Positions 30,140 to 40,489 of a stretch of DNA of 64,000 nt are shown one piece after another. The notes beneath the pieces were generated by a model. It saw only the letters and a list, made by a program, of their open reading frames with translations. It was not told where the DNA came from and did not search any database. The position numbers and the translations under genes were made by a program. The DNA is from Rhodoplanes serenus. Lineage in GTDB: Bacteria; Pseudomonadota; Alphaproteobacteria; Rhizobiales; Xanthobacteraceae. Within the stretch, counting starts at the first letter, position 1; the number at the start of each line of letters is the position of its first letter. The stretch is from assembly GCA_945893145.1 (NCBI GenBank), contig CAMDDZ010000025.1, forward strand, positions 196-64,195, written 5' to 3'.

Positions 30140-31114
30140 GTGAATTTGTCAGTCGCCGCAAGAACCCTGCGTTTTGGGGCTGCCCTGGCCCTGGTGGCGG
30201 CTGCTTGGCTGCTGGCGGCGCTGCCCGCCCGGGCGGCCGACCCGCTGTTTCCACTGGGCTCCCGGCTCGGGCTCGCGCCGCCACCCGGCATCGCGCTCAG
30301 CCCGACTTTTCCGGGCTTCGAGGACCAGCTCAACCACGTCTACATCCGGATTGTTGCGATGCCGGACAAGGCGTTCGCGGAAATCGAACGGACGATGACC
30401 AACGACGCCCTGAAGAAACAGGGCATGACAGTCGAGAAGCGCGAGCCATTCCCGCTCGCAAGCGGCAGCAGGGGCCTGCTCATCGTCGCGCAGCAAGAGG
30501 CGGACGCGGTGCGCCTTCGCAAGTGGCTGCTGGTCGCACCGGTCGGCGATCTGACCGCGCTGATCTCGATTGAGATCCCAAACGAAGCCACGGACCGTTA
30601 TCCGGAGGCCGCGATCCGCACCGCGCTGGCGACCACCACCGCACGGCCGAGCATCCCGGTCGAAGAGCAGCTTCAGCTCGTGCCGTTCCGGTTCGGCGAT
30701 CTTGGCGGAATGCGGGTCTGGCGCGTGCTGCCGGGAACGGCGGTGCAGCTCACCGATGGGCCGAAGGAAGAATTCGACGCCACCACGCAGTCATATCTGG
30801 TGATCTCGATCGGGAGCGGCACACCCGATCCGCGCGACCGCGAGAATTTCGCCCGCCTCGCGCTGAGCGGTCTGCCACCGCTGAAGGACTTGCGAGTCAC
30901 CGGTTCGGAGCCGCTGCGTCTCGGCCGCCAGCAGGGCTACGAAATACGGGCCGAAGCCAAGGATCCCAAGACCGGGGTCGATATCCAGATCGTGCAATGG
31001 CTGCGCTTCGGGACGGGTGCCTATGTGCGGCTGATCGGGATCGGCCCAAAAGAGGGTTGGAGCAGCGCCTTCATGCGCTTCCGCACCGTGCGCGATGCCA
31101 TGGAAGTGCGTTAA
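30140..31114 (+). CDS. secreted hypothetical protein
   Basis: Signal peptide (FGAALALVAAAWLLAALPARA). No family recognised. Divergent from the membrane protein. Confidence 0.55.
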   Translation: MNLSVAARTLRFGAALALVAAAWLLAALPARAADPLFPLGSRLGLAPPPGIALSPTFPGFEDQLNHVYIRIVAMPDKAFAEIERTMTNDALKKQGMTVEKREPFPLASGSRGLLIVAQQEADAVRLRKWLLVAPVGDLTALISIEIPNEATDRYPEAAIRTALATTTARPSIPVEEQLQLVPFRFGDLGGMRVWRVLPGTAVQLTDGPKEEFDATTQSYLVISIGSGTPDPRDRENFARLALSGLPPLKDLRVTGSEPLRLGRQQGYEIRAEAKDPKTGVDIQIVQWLRFGTGAYVRLIGIGPKEGWSSAFMRFRTVRDAMEVR

Positions 31115-31138
31115 GCGCACCTCGGATAAAGGGCGAGC

Positions 31139-31738
31139 TTAATTCGCGCGGGAATTGTCGTTCGCGGGTGGTTCGGCTGATGCCTTCGGGCCACCCTTAG
31201 CTATCGCAACCATTGCCGGCCGCAGCACGCGCTCGCCGATCAGGTAACCCGACTGCACCACCTGCACGATCTGACCGGACGGCACCGAAGCGTCCTCCAC
31301 CTCGTACATGGCTTGGTGCCGGTTGGGATCGAACTTCTGGCCCATCGGCTCGATCCGCTTCACACCGTGCTTCTCGAGCGCGTTGATGAGCGCACGCTCG
31401 GTCAGTTCGACGCCGTCGAGCAGCGCTTTCACGCTCTCGTTGGCGTTCTCACGGAGTTCCTTGTCGAGTGCCTCGAGCGCCCGGTGCATGCCGTCGGCGA
31501 CGGTGAGGATGTCGCGCGCAAACGCCGTGATGCCGTAGGTCCGTGAATCGGCGACCGCGCGCTCGGTCCGGTTGCGCAGGTTTTCCATCTCGGCAAGCGT
31601 GCGAAGGAGCCTGTCCTTGGCTTCAGCAAGCTCGCGATCGAGTGCCGTGGACGGCGCCGGGCTAGGCGCGGGACCGGGCGCCGTGGCTGGAGCCGGCTGC
31701 GCCGCGTCCGGGATCGGCTGATTGGGTGTGTCGTTCAT
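31139..31738 (-). CDS. grpE: nucleotide exchange factor GrpE
   Basis: LRTLAEMENLRNRTER...GYLIGERVLRPAMVAI are typical GrpE blocks. Confidence 0.93.
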   Translation of the reverse strand: MNDTPNQPIPDAAQPAPATAPGPAPSPAPSTALDRELAEAKDRLLRTLAEMENLRNRTERAVADSRTYGITAFARDILTVADGMHRALEALDKELRENANESVKALLDGVELTERALINALEKHGVKRIEPMGQKFDPNRHQAMYEVEDASVPSGQIVQVVQSGYLIGERVLRPAMVAIAKGGPKASAEPPANDNSRAN

Positions 31739-31798
31739 AACGCTCGGGATATCAGGTCTGAGAGGTTAAAAATCAAGCCGGAAGTTCCGGCGAGCTGT

Positions 31799-32497
31799 TC
31801 AAGCCTGTGCCAGGCTCATCTCCAGAAAACCCATGACCTGAGGCCATGACAGGCGGGTGGCGGCGGCATTGGCCGGCACCGATTGCAGGTCCGGCCGCAT
31901 GAAGCTGTGAACCGCATCGGGATGAACCTGAGCAACGGTCGCGGCCTTGCGGGCCTCGAGCACGTCGCGCAGCTTCAGGAACACCGGATGCAGAAAGACC
32001 TGATCGCCGGTGCCGTGCACGAGGTGAACCGGACACTGGATGCCGGCCGCGAGCGCTATGGCGTCGAGCGTCTGGTTGGGCTGCATCGGAACGCGGATCG
32101 ACGGATAATACGGCACGCAAGCGGCGAGCCGCCGATCCTTCGCGGCCAGTAGCACGGCGTAGCGGCCGCCGAGGCAGAAGCCGAGCACCGCCACGCGCGG
32201 CAGCCGCAGCGTATCGAGCAGGTGGCTGACGCAATCGGACATGACGTCGAGCGCGCCGTCGTTCAGCTTGCCGGCGCGCGCCTGCGCGGCCTTGATCTCG
32301 GTTGGCGGGGTCTCGCCCGGATAGGGGTTCCAGACCATCGAGGAATATCCAGCCTCGGCCAGGATACGCGCGCGTTCGCGCATCGGCGCATCGACGCCGG
32401 TGATGGTCGGCAGGATCACGACACCACCGCGCGGCTTCTCGGCGTGGGTGACCAGGCCATCGAGGCGGCCCTGCGAAATGTCTTCGGTGCGGATCAT
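31799..32497 (-). CDS. dienelactone hydrolase family protein
   Basis: Alpha/beta-hydrolase with GFCLGG nucleophile elbow and DLH-like length (232 aa). Confidence 0.75.
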   Translation of the reverse strand: MIRTEDISQGRLDGLVTHAEKPRGGVVILPTITGVDAPMRERARILAEAGYSSMVWNPYPGETPPTEIKAAQARAGKLNDGALDVMSDCVSHLLDTLRLPRVAVLGFCLGGRYAVLLAAKDRRLAACVPYYPSIRVPMQPNQTLDAIALAAGIQCPVHLVHGTGDQVFLHPVFLKLRDVLEARKAATVAQVHPDAVHSFMRPDLQSVPANAAATRLSWPQVMGFLEMSLAQA

Positions 32498-32502
32498 GGA
32501 AT

Positions 32503-33594
32503 TCAGCCTGCGATCAGCTTGCCCACCACTTTGGCGGTGTAATCCACCATCGGGATGACGCGCGCGTAGTTGAGCCGTGTCGGTCCGATCACGCCGATGA
32601 CGCCGACGATCGAGCCTTTCGTATCGCGGTAGGGCGCGATGATGGTGGAGGAGCCCGACATCGAGAACAGCTTGTTCTCCGAGCCAATGAAGATGCGCAC
32701 GCCCTCGGCACGCTCGGCGCGGCCGAGTAGGTCCACCACCTCGCGCCGGGTTTCGAGGTCGTCGAACAGCAGCCGCACGCGCTCCAGGTCTTCGAGCGCC
32801 TTGAGATCGTCGAGCAGGTGGGCCTGGCCGCGCACGATCAGCCGGCGGTCGGCGGTCTCGCCGCCCGACCAGCTCGCGAGGCCCGCGGCCACCACCTTCT
32901 GCGTCAACGCATCGAGCTCGGCCTGGCCGGCGGTCTGCGCCTTCTCCAGTTCGGCCCTCGCCTCCGGGAGAGTACGGCCACGAATCCGGGCATTGAGGAA
33001 GTTGGTCGCCTCGGTCAGTGCCGAGGTCGGCAGGCCGATCGGCAGCGGCACCACGCGGTTTTCGACCTGCCCGTCCTCGCTCACCATCACCACCAGCGCG
33101 CGCTCGGGCTCCAGGCGGACGAATTCGATGTGCTTGAGACGGACATTGTGCTTCGACGCCAGCACCACGCCGGCGGCGCGCGTCAGCCCCGAAAGCAGGC
33201 CCGAGGCTTCGCTCAGCACGTTTTCGACCGACTTGCCGGCGCCCGCGACCTGCGCCTCGATCTGGCGGCGCTCGTTGTCGTTGAGGTCGCCGATCTGCAT
33301 CAGCGCATCGACGAAGAAACGCAGGCCCTGTTCGGTCGGCAGCCGCCCGGCCGAGGTGTGCGGCGCGTAGATCAGACCGAGGTGCTCAAGGTCCGCCATC
33401 ACGTTGCGCACCGAGGCGGGCGATAGCGGCGTCGTAATCAAGCGCGACAGGTTGCGCGAGCCGAGCGGCTCGCCGGTGGTCAGATAGCTCTCGACGATTT
33501 GACGGAAAATCTCCCGCGAGCGCTCGTTGAGCTGCGCGAGACTGACCTGCGTCCTGCCGATCGGAACGTCCTGCGACACGCCACACCGCTCCAT
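32503..33594 (-). CDS. hrcA: heat-inducible transcriptional repressor HrcA
   Basis: [27 protein letters not shown]-terminal wHTH and HrcA C-domain blocks. Confidence 0.93.
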   Translation of the reverse strand: MERCGVSQDVPIGRTQVSLAQLNERSREIFRQIVESYLTTGEPLGSRNLSRLITTPLSPASVRNVMADLEHLGLIYAPHTSAGRLPTEQGLRFFVDALMQIGDLNDNERRQIEAQVAGAGKSVENVLSEASGLLSGLTRAAGVVLASKHNVRLKHIEFVRLEPERALVVMVSEDGQVENRVVPLPIGLPTSALTEATNFLNARIRGRTLPEARAELEKAQTAGQAELDALTQKVVAAGLASWSGGETADRRLIVRGQAHLLDDLKALEDLERVRLLFDDLETRREVVDLLGRAERAEGVRIFIGSENKLFSMSGSSTIIAPYRDTKGSIVGVIGVIGPTRLNYARVIPMVDYTAKVVGKLIAG

Positions 33595-33737
33595 TCAAAC
33601 GGTCAGCGAATCTGTCCATTCGAGCCGCAAAGCGCAAGGCAAGATGTCGTGCGGCCACGCAGCGTTATCGGCCTGTTCGGTCGCCAGAGCCGCTGTTAGC
33701 CTGTGCGGCAACGAACAAGGTTGATGGGGAGGACAAT

Positions 33738-34370
33738 ATGAAGGCTTGGCATGGGCTTTTGGCCGCTGCGATCTGCGCTCTTACGGTGGCGAGCGCCCAA
33801 GCGCAGACCGTCATCGAGGAGTGGAACACTGCCACCTTCCCGCCGCCGCCTGCGCTCAAGCCGGCGACCATCGTGCCGAACGAGACCGCGCTGCTGGTCA
33901 TGGATTTCACCAAGCAGACCTGCACGCCGGAGCGCCGCATCCGCTGCGCCAATTCGGTGCCGAAGGTGGTCAAGCTTGTCACCGAGGCTCGCGCCAAAGG
34001 CGCGCTGATCATCTACAGCGTCGCCGTGCCCAACTCAGTGCCGGCCGACATCCTGCCGGCGCTCGCGCCCGCCGCCGGCGAGCTGGTGCTGCCGCCGCTT
34101 GGGCCGGACAAGTTCATCAACAGCGATCTCGAAAAGACCCTGAAGGACAAAGGCATCAAGACCGTGGTCGCCATGGGCACGCAGGCGCAGACCTCGGTGC
34201 TGCACACCGGCGCGACTGCGGCGCTCAAGGGCTTTAAGGTGATCGTGCCGGTCGATGGCATGTCCGGCGACAACGTGTTTACCGAGCTGTACACCGCCTG
34301 GCACCTCTCGACCGCGGCGCGCATCAGCAGCAACGTGACGCTGACCAAGTTTGAAATGATCGGGTTCTAA
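33738..34370 (+). CDS. isochorismatase-family cysteine hydrolase with signal peptide
   Basis: Signal peptide, then ALLVMDF...C, K and VVAMGTQAQTSVLHT blocks typical of isochorismatase-like hydrolases. Confidence 0.7.
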   Translation: MKAWHGLLAAAICALTVASAQAQTVIEEWNTATFPPPPALKPATIVPNETALLVMDFTKQTCTPERRIRCANSVPKVVKLVTEARAKGALIIYSVAVPNSVPADILPALAPAAGELVLPPLGPDKFINSDLEKTLKDKGIKTVVAMGTQAQTSVLHTGATAALKGFKVIVPVDGMSGDNVFTELYTAWHLSTAARISSNVTLTKFEMIGF

Positions 34371-34386
34371 CGCGCGCGCCGCCGAA

Positions 34387-35568
34387 ATGATCTTCGCGGC
34401 ACGCAGCCGTCAGCTTCGGACACGAGAGGGTCACGGCCACCACCGTGTCACCTTCGTCGAATTGTTCTTCGACCTGGTGTTCGCGATCACGCAGCTATCG
34501 CACGGGCTGCTCAATCACCTGACAGTGCTCGGCGCGGTGCAGACCGGCCTGCTGATGCTCGCGGTGTGGTGGGCCTGGATCGACGCCGCGTGGTGCACCA
34601 ATTGGCTCGACCCCGAGAAACCGGCAGTGCGGATGCTGCTGTTCGCGCTGATGCTGGCCGGGCTGGTGCTGTCGTCGTCGATCCCCAAGGCGTTCGAGGA
34701 TCGCGCGCTGCCTTTCGCGCTGACCTACGTGGCCATGCTGCTGGTGCGCGACGGCTTCATGTTGTGGGCGCTGCGCCGCCACGACACCGGCAATTACCGC
34801 AACTTCACGCGGATCGGCATCTGGCATCTGGTAACCGCGCCGTTCTGGATCGCCGGGGCATTCGCAGCCGGCGAGACGCGGCTGGCGCTGTGGGGGATTG
34901 CCGTCGCCATCGAGACCGTGGGACCGATCGCCTATTTCTGGGTGCCGGGCTTCGGGCGCTCGACCACTGCCGACTGGGCCATTGAAGGCGGGCATATGGC
35001 CGAGCGCTGCGGCCTGTTCATCATCATCGCGCTCGGCGAGTCAGTCCTGATCACCGGCGCGACCTTTGCGGATCTCGCGTGGACCGGCGTAAACATCGCG
35101 GCCTTCGCCGTGGCATTCGCCGGCAGCGTCGCGATGTGGGCGGTCTATTTCAACATCGGCGCCGAGCGTTCCAGCCGCCTGGTGGCAAGCTCCGACGACC
35201 CCGGCCGGATCGCACGCAGCGGCTACACCTACATTCACATCCTGATGGTGGCTGGCATCGTCATCGCCGCGGTCGGCGATGAACTGGTGTTGCACCATCC
35301 GCAAGGCCACGACGGCCATACCGACGTCGCGACGCTTGCAGTCATTCTGGGTGGCCCGGCGCTCTATCTTCTCGGCAATTCGCTGTTCAAGCGGCTCAGC
35401 GCGACCAACTTTCCGCTGTCGCACACCGCGGGTCTGCTGCTGCTGGCGATGCTGACGCCGACCGCGACGTTTGCGTCGCCGCTGCTGCTGGCGGCTGGCG
35501 CCACTGCTGTGCTGATCGTGGTCGCGATCTGGGAATGGCTTTCGATCGGACGGCACGCCGAGGCCTGA
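34387..35568 (+). CDS. low-temperature-requirement A (LtrA) family membrane protein
   Basis: VTFVELFFDLVFAITQLSH N-terminal signature and about 10 TM helices. Confidence 0.75.
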   Translation: MIFAARSRQLRTREGHGHHRVTFVELFFDLVFAITQLSHGLLNHLTVLGAVQTGLLMLAVWWAWIDAAWCTNWLDPEKPAVRMLLFALMLAGLVLSSSIPKAFEDRALPFALTYVAMLLVRDGFMLWALRRHDTGNYRNFTRIGIWHLVTAPFWIAGAFAAGETRLALWGIAVAIETVGPIAYFWVPGFGRSTTADWAIEGGHMAERCGLFIIIALGESVLITGATFADLAWTGVNIAAFAVAFAGSVAMWAVYFNIGAERSSRLVASSDDPGRIARSGYTYIHILMVAGIVIAAVGDELVLHHPQGHDGHTDVATLAVILGGPALYLLGNSLFKRLSATNFPLSHTAGLLLLAMLTPTATFASPLLLAAGATAVLIVVAIWEWLSIGRHAEA

Positions 35569-35758
35569 GCCGGCTTCGCCGTCGCCGTCCCGGAAGAAGC
35601 GGCCGCCCGATCACCTGCGGCAACTGCGACCGATCAACACCCAAGCCGCCCTAACGCAAATCTGCTATCGTCGAAGTGGGCGATCAAGCTGGCGCGCAAC
35701 GGCTGCGGGGACCGCGACGCCGGAAATGAAAATCCTCGCCGGATCGGGAGGATCGCGT

Positions 35759-36721
35759 ATGAAACATTTGCTTCACATTTTTGTTGCCGCTGCCGCAACG
35801 GCGTTAAGCCTGCCGGCCAACGCGCAACAATTCCCCAGCAAGCCAATCACAATCATAGTGCCGTTCGGGCCGGGCAGCGCCACCGACACGATCACGCGCG
35901 TGGTCGGACAGGAGCTCAGCGATGCGCTCAAACAAAGCGTCGTGGTCGAGAACCGCGTCGGCGCGAACGGAGCGCTCGCTGGTCAGTACGTCGCGCGCGC
36001 TGCGCCAGACGGTTACACCTTGTTCATGAGCACCAACTCGCCGCATTCGGCAGTGCCCTTCCTGATGAGGAACCCCCCATACGATCCGGTGAAGGACTTC
36101 ACGCCGATCACGCGGATGGGAAGCTACACGCTGATGCTGGTTGTGCATCCCAGTATCCCGGCAACGTCCGTCAAGGAATTGATCGCCTACGCCCGAGCGA
36201 ACCCAGGCAAGCTCAGCTACGCCAGCGCCAACACCTCCGGTGTCGTCGCCGGCGCCACGCTCAAGCATTGGGCCAAGCTCGACATCCTGCATGTTCCCTA
36301 CAAAAGCGCACCGAACGCGCTCCAGGACCTGCTTCCCGGCCGAGTATCAATGATGTTCAACGACTTCACCACCAGCCTGCCGCACCTTCAGTCGAAGGCG
36401 ATCCGGGCGCTGGCATCGACGCGGTTACAGCGCAGTTCGCTGTTTCCGGAGTTGCCCACGATGGACGAAGCTGGAGTCGAAGGGTTCGACATGGACTCCT
36501 GGGCCGGCATCTTCGGCCCGCCCAACATACCGGCGCCGATCGTTACGCAACTCAACACTGAATTGCGTAAGATCATTGATCGTCCCGAGATCAAATCGAA
36601 GCTGCGTACGGCGGGTTTCGAGGCATTCTCCAGCACACCGAAGGAGCTCGACGACTTCGTCAAGCTTCAGCTGCAAAAGTGGAGCAAGATGGTCCTGGAT
36701 GCGGGCATCCAGCCCGACTGA
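35759..36721 (+). CDS. Bug/TctC-family tripartite tricarboxylate transporter substrate-binding protein
   Basis: Signal peptide plus QQFPSKPITIIVPFGPGSATD signature. GGGAGGA RBS. Confidence 0.88.
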   Translation: MKHLLHIFVAAAATALSLPANAQQFPSKPITIIVPFGPGSATDTITRVVGQELSDALKQSVVVENRVGANGALAGQYVARAAPDGYTLFMSTNSPHSAVPFLMRNPPYDPVKDFTPITRMGSYTLMLVVHPSIPATSVKELIAYARANPGKLSYASANTSGVVAGATLKHWAKLDILHVPYKSAPNALQDLLPGRVSMMFNDFTTSLPHLQSKAIRALASTRLQRSSLFPELPTMDEAGVEGFDMDSWAGIFGPPNIPAPIVTQLNTELRKIIDRPEIKSKLRTAGFEAFSSTPKELDDFVKLQLQKWSKMVLDAGIQPD

Positions 36722-36848
36722 CGTTCCTTGGTCTGCGTTTTGCCCAAACCGGAAGGGCCGGCGCAACTACGCCGGCCCTTGTCCGTTACAGCGGCGCACG
36801 AGAGAATGCGGCCGAGACTAACCCGCCAGCCGTCCGGGAAGGACCACG

Positions 36849-37811
36849 ATGAAAAAACGTCTGCAGATCCTCGCCGCCGCAAGCCTGCTCCTGCTCGGCC
36901 TACCAGCCGGCGCTCAGCAATATCCCAGCAAGCCAGTCACCATCATCACGGCCTTCGGACCGGGCACTGCGAGCGACACCATCGCACGCGTGGTCGCACA
37001 GCCCCTCGGTGCGGCGCTCAAACAGAGCGTCATTGTCGAAGCGCGTCCGGGTGCCAGCGGCGCGATTTCGGCGATGTATGTCGCGCGCCAGCCAGCCGAT
37101 GGCTACACAATGCTGCTCACCACGAACTCCCCGCAATCGGCAGCGCCGTTCCTGATGAAGAACGTCGGCTACGACGCAGTAAAGGATTTCACCTCGATAA
37201 CGCGGCTCGGCAGCTTCACGCTGCTGCTGGTGATCCATCCCAGCATTCCGGCGAACAACGTCAAGGAGCTGATCGCCTACGCGAAGGCCAATCCGGGCAA
37301 GCTGTCGTTCGCCAGCGGCAACTCGGCCGGCATCGTCGCCGGCGAGACGCTCAAGCACTGGGCCAAAGCCGACATGCTGCACGTGCCTTACAAAGGCACT
37401 CCACAAGCCCTCACCGATGTTCTCGCCGGACGCGTGTCGATGATGTTCGCCGACCTCACCACCGTGATGCCTCATGTCCAGGCCAAAACGCTCCGTGCGC
37501 TCGCGGTGACGCGCATCAAGCGTAGCTCGCTGTTCCCCGAATTGGCGACCATGGACGAGGCCGGCGTCACCGGCTTTGACATGGACGCCTGGGCCGGCCT
37601 GGTCGCACCCGCCAATACGCCGCCGGAGATCGTCAAGCTGCTCAATTCGACGCTGCGGCCGATCATCGACAGCCCTGAAATCAAAACCACGCTCGGACGC
37701 GCCGGCTTCGAGGCATTCTCCAGCTCGCCCGAAGAGCTCGACGACTTCATTAAGGTTCAGCTCGGCAAGTGGAAGAAGATGGTCTCGGACGCCGGCATCC
37801 AGCCGGAATGA
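36849..37811 (+). CDS. Bug/TctC-family substrate-binding protein (tandem paralogue)
   Basis: QQYPSKPVTIITAFGPGTASD signature. Collinear similarity to the preceding gene throughout. Confidence 0.88.
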   Translation: MKKRLQILAAASLLLLGLPAGAQQYPSKPVTIITAFGPGTASDTIARVVAQPLGAALKQSVIVEARPGASGAISAMYVARQPADGYTMLLTTNSPQSAAPFLMKNVGYDAVKDFTSITRLGSFTLLLVIHPSIPANNVKELIAYAKANPGKLSFASGNSAGIVAGETLKHWAKADMLHVPYKGTPQALTDVLAGRVSMMFADLTTVMPHVQAKTLRALAVTRIKRSSLFPELATMDEAGVTGFDMDAWAGLVAPANTPPEIVKLLNSTLRPIIDSPEIKTTLGRAGFEAFSSSPEELDDFIKVQLGKWKKMVSDAGIQPE

Positions 37812-37882
37812 TGCTTGTGGCCGGAGGCTCGGACCCCTAAAAGCTCGGCTTCCAGTAGGCGCTGGAAGCAAGAGGAGCGAGC

Positions 37883-38596
37883 TTGAGACCAAGCAAACGA
37901 CAGCCCGATGAGCTGCGCGCCGTGTCGCTTGAGCGCGGCGTGGTGAAATACGCCGAGGGCTCGTGCTTCGTGAAGTTCGGCGAAACCCACGTGCTGGTGA
38001 CCGCCACACTTGAAGAAAAGCTCCCGCCCTGGCTCAAGGGCCGCGGCCGCGGCTGGGTTACCGCCGAATACGGCATGCTGCCGCGCGCCACCTCCGAGCG
38101 AACGCGGCGCGAAGCCTCAGCCGGCAAGCAGAGCGGCCGCACGGTCGAGATCCAGCGGCTGATCGGACGCAGCCTACGCACCGTGGTCGACCTGCCAGCG
38201 CTCGGCGAGCGCCAGATCACCGTCGACTGCGATGTGATCCAGGCCGATGGCGGCACGCGCACCGCGTCGATCACCGGCGCTTGGGTCGCGCTCTACGATT
38301 GCATCGCCTGGATGAAGCGCCGCGAGATGCTGAAAAGCGATCCGCTGCGCGACCACGTTGCCGCCATCTCGGTCGGCATTGCCAGCGGCGTGCCTGTGCT
38401 CGACATCGACTACGCCGAGGATTCCGAAGCCGAAACCGACGCCAATTTCGTCATGACGGGTGACGGCCGCATCGTGGAAATCCAGGCCACGGCAGAAAAA
38501 ATACCGTTCAGCGAAGCACAATTTCTTTCGCTGCTCACGCTCGCGCGCCAAGGCATCGGCAAGCTCGTCGATCTGCAAAAGCTCGCGGTGATGTGA
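37883..38596 (+). CDS. rph: ribonuclease PH
   Basis: [12 protein letters not shown]...[13 protein letters not shown]...[10 protein letters not shown] blocks. Confidence 0.95.
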   Translation: MRPSKRQPDELRAVSLERGVVKYAEGSCFVKFGETHVLVTATLEEKLPPWLKGRGRGWVTAEYGMLPRATSERTRREASAGKQSGRTVEIQRLIGRSLRTVVDLPALGERQITVDCDVIQADGGTRTASITGAWVALYDCIAWMKRREMLKSDPLRDHVAAISVGIASGVPVLDIDYAEDSEAETDANFVMTGDGRIVEIQATAEKIPFSEAQFLSLLTLARQGIGKLVDLQKLAVM

Positions 38597-38600
38597 GGCG

Positions 38601-39239
38601 ATGCCGCACCGTCAAATCACGGGCAAGCTCGTCATCGCCACCCACAATCCGGGTAAGCTCGCCGAGATGCGTGACCTGCTCGGGGTTTACGGCATCGCGG
38701 CGACATCGGCAGGCGAGCTTGGTCTGCCCGAGCCGGACGAAACCGGCAAAAGCTTCCGCGCCAATGCGCGCATCAAGGCGGAAGCCGCCGCCAAGGCGTC
38801 CAGCGCTGCCGCCTTCGCCGACGATTCGGGGCTGGCGGTCGATGCGCTCGACGGCGAGCCCGGCATTTATTCGGCGCGCTGGGCCGGCCCCGACAAGGAC
38901 TTCCGCCTCGCCATGAACGAGGTGCAGACGCGGTTGATGAAGGTTGGCGCCAAATCGCCAGAGCGACGGCGCGCCCATTTCGTCTCGGCGCTGTGCGTGG
39001 CTTGGCCCGATGGGCACATTGAGGAGTTCGAGGCGCAGGTGAACGGTATCGTGGTTTGGCCACCCCGCGGCGCCAAGGGCTTCGGCTACGATCCGTTGTT
39101 CCTGCCCGACGGCCAGACGCAGACCTTCGGCGAGATGTCGGCGGAAGAAAAACACGGCCTGCCACCGCGCGGCAAAGGCCTGTCGCATCGCGCCCGCGCG
39201 TTTCTCAAGCTTGCGGAGGCGTGCCTTGGCAAACCCTGA
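38601..39239 (+). CDS. rdgB: dITP/XTP pyrophosphatase (RdgB/HAM1 family)
   Basis: LVIATHNPGKL.E...DDSGL.VDAL.G.PG.YSAR.. signature. Confidence 0.92.
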   Translation: MPHRQITGKLVIATHNPGKLAEMRDLLGVYGIAATSAGELGLPEPDETGKSFRANARIKAEAAAKASSAAAFADDSGLAVDALDGEPGIYSARWAGPDKDFRLAMNEVQTRLMKVGAKSPERRRAHFVSALCVAWPDGHIEEFEAQVNGIVVWPPRGAKGFGYDPLFLPDGQTQTFGEMSAEEKHGLPPRGKGLSHRARAFLKLAEACLGKP

Positions 39240-40386
39240 CTCGCAAGCGTTCGGCGTTTATGTGCATTGGCCGTTCTGCCTGTCGAAGTGCCCCTATTGC
39301 GACTTCAACAGCCATGTCCGCCATGCCGCAATCGACGAAGCACGATTTGCACGCGCGTTCGCGACCGAGATCGCGTCGACCGCGGCGCGAACGCCTGGTC
39401 GAACGGTGTCGACGATCTTTCTCGGTGGCGGCACACCGTCGTTGATGCAGCCCGCGACGGTCGGCGCGGTGCTCGACGCCATCGGCAAGCATTGGACCGT
39501 TGCGCCCGATGTCGAGGTCACGCTCGAAGCCAATCCGACCAGCGTGGAGGCGGAACGCTTCCGCGGCTACCGCGCGGCCGGAGTCAATCGCGTGTCGCTC
39601 GGCGTGCAGGCGCTCAACGACGCCGAGCTGAAGGAATTGGGCCGGCTGCACACCGTACGCGAGGCGCTCGACGCGGTCGCCATCGCACGCTCGGTGTTCG
39701 GCCGCTACTCGTTCGACCTGATCTACGCGCGCCCGCGCCAGACACCACAAGCCTGGTCGGAGGAACTCAAGCGCGCCATTGCGGAGGCGGCCGAACATTT
39801 GTCGCTCTATCAATTGACCATCGAGCCCGACACGCCGTTTCACACCCTGCACGCCACCGGCAAGCTCGTCATCCCTGACGACGACACCGGGCGCGACCTT
39901 TACGACGTCACCCAGGAGATCTGCGGGCTCGCCGGCCTGCCAGCCTACGAGGTGTCGAATCATGCGCGGCCGGGCGCCGAGTGCCGGCACAACCTGGTCT
40001 ATTGGCGCGCGCACGAATACGCCGGCATTGGCCCGGGCGCGCACGGCCGGCTCGACGTCGAGGGCGGCGGCCGCCGTGCCACCGCCACCGAGCGACGGCC
40101 CGAAAGCTGGCTGATGCGCGTCGAATCGCTGGGCCATGGCCTCGTGACCGACGACGCGCTCACCCGCGAAGAGCGCGGCGATGAATTCCTGCTGATGGGG
40201 CTGCGCCTCGCCGAAGGCATCGACCCTGTGCGCTACCAAGCCATCTCCGGGCGGCCACTCGATCCGGAGCGGATCACGACACTCACCGCGCAAGGTCTGG
40301 TTGAGAGCGGCGGCGACGGCTTCCTGCGGGTGACGCCCGCAGGCTTCCCGGTGCTCGATGCCGTGGTGGCGGATTTGGCAGCCTAG
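39211..40386 (+). CDS. hemW: radical SAM haem chaperone HemW (HemN-like, oxygen-independent coproporphyrinogen oxidase family)
   Basis: YVHWPFCLSKCPYCDFNS CX3CX2C motif, in the usual rph-rdgB-hemW order. Start uncertain (TTG at 39211 or 39226). Confidence 0.85.
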   Translation: MRRRALANPDSQAFGVYVHWPFCLSKCPYCDFNSHVRHAAIDEARFARAFATEIASTAARTPGRTVSTIFLGGGTPSLMQPATVGAVLDAIGKHWTVAPDVEVTLEANPTSVEAERFRGYRAAGVNRVSLGVQALNDAELKELGRLHTVREALDAVAIARSVFGRYSFDLIYARPRQTPQAWSEELKRAIAEAAEHLSLYQLTIEPDTPFHTLHATGKLVIPDDDTGRDLYDVTQEICGLAGLPAYEVSNHARPGAECRHNLVYWRAHEYAGIGPGAHGRLDVEGGGRRATATERRPESWLMRVESLGHGLVTDDALTREERGDEFLLMGLRLAEGIDPVRYQAISGRPLDPERITTLTAQGLVESGGDGFLRVTPAGFPVLDAVVADLAA

Positions 40387-40489
40387 TTTGATCTCATTCG
40401 ATCGAATGGGATCATGTCCAAAGCCGCTTGCGGGCCAGAATCCGAATCATTAGCCTGCGCAACGGGGGCAAACATCGGATGGCCACGCA

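Noticed and set aside
33595-33737. A CIRCE operator (TTAGCACTC-N9-GAGTGCTAA) upstream of hrcA
   Set aside because: The motif is absent from this spacer, and I did not see it anywhere else in the window.
36900-38009. 369-aa minus-strand ORF. Similar long antisense ORFs occur at 16227-17522, 39205-40293, 42155-43192, 57970-59193 and 60394-61464
   Set aside because: All lie opposite genes with recognisable family signatures and are high-GC shadow frames.
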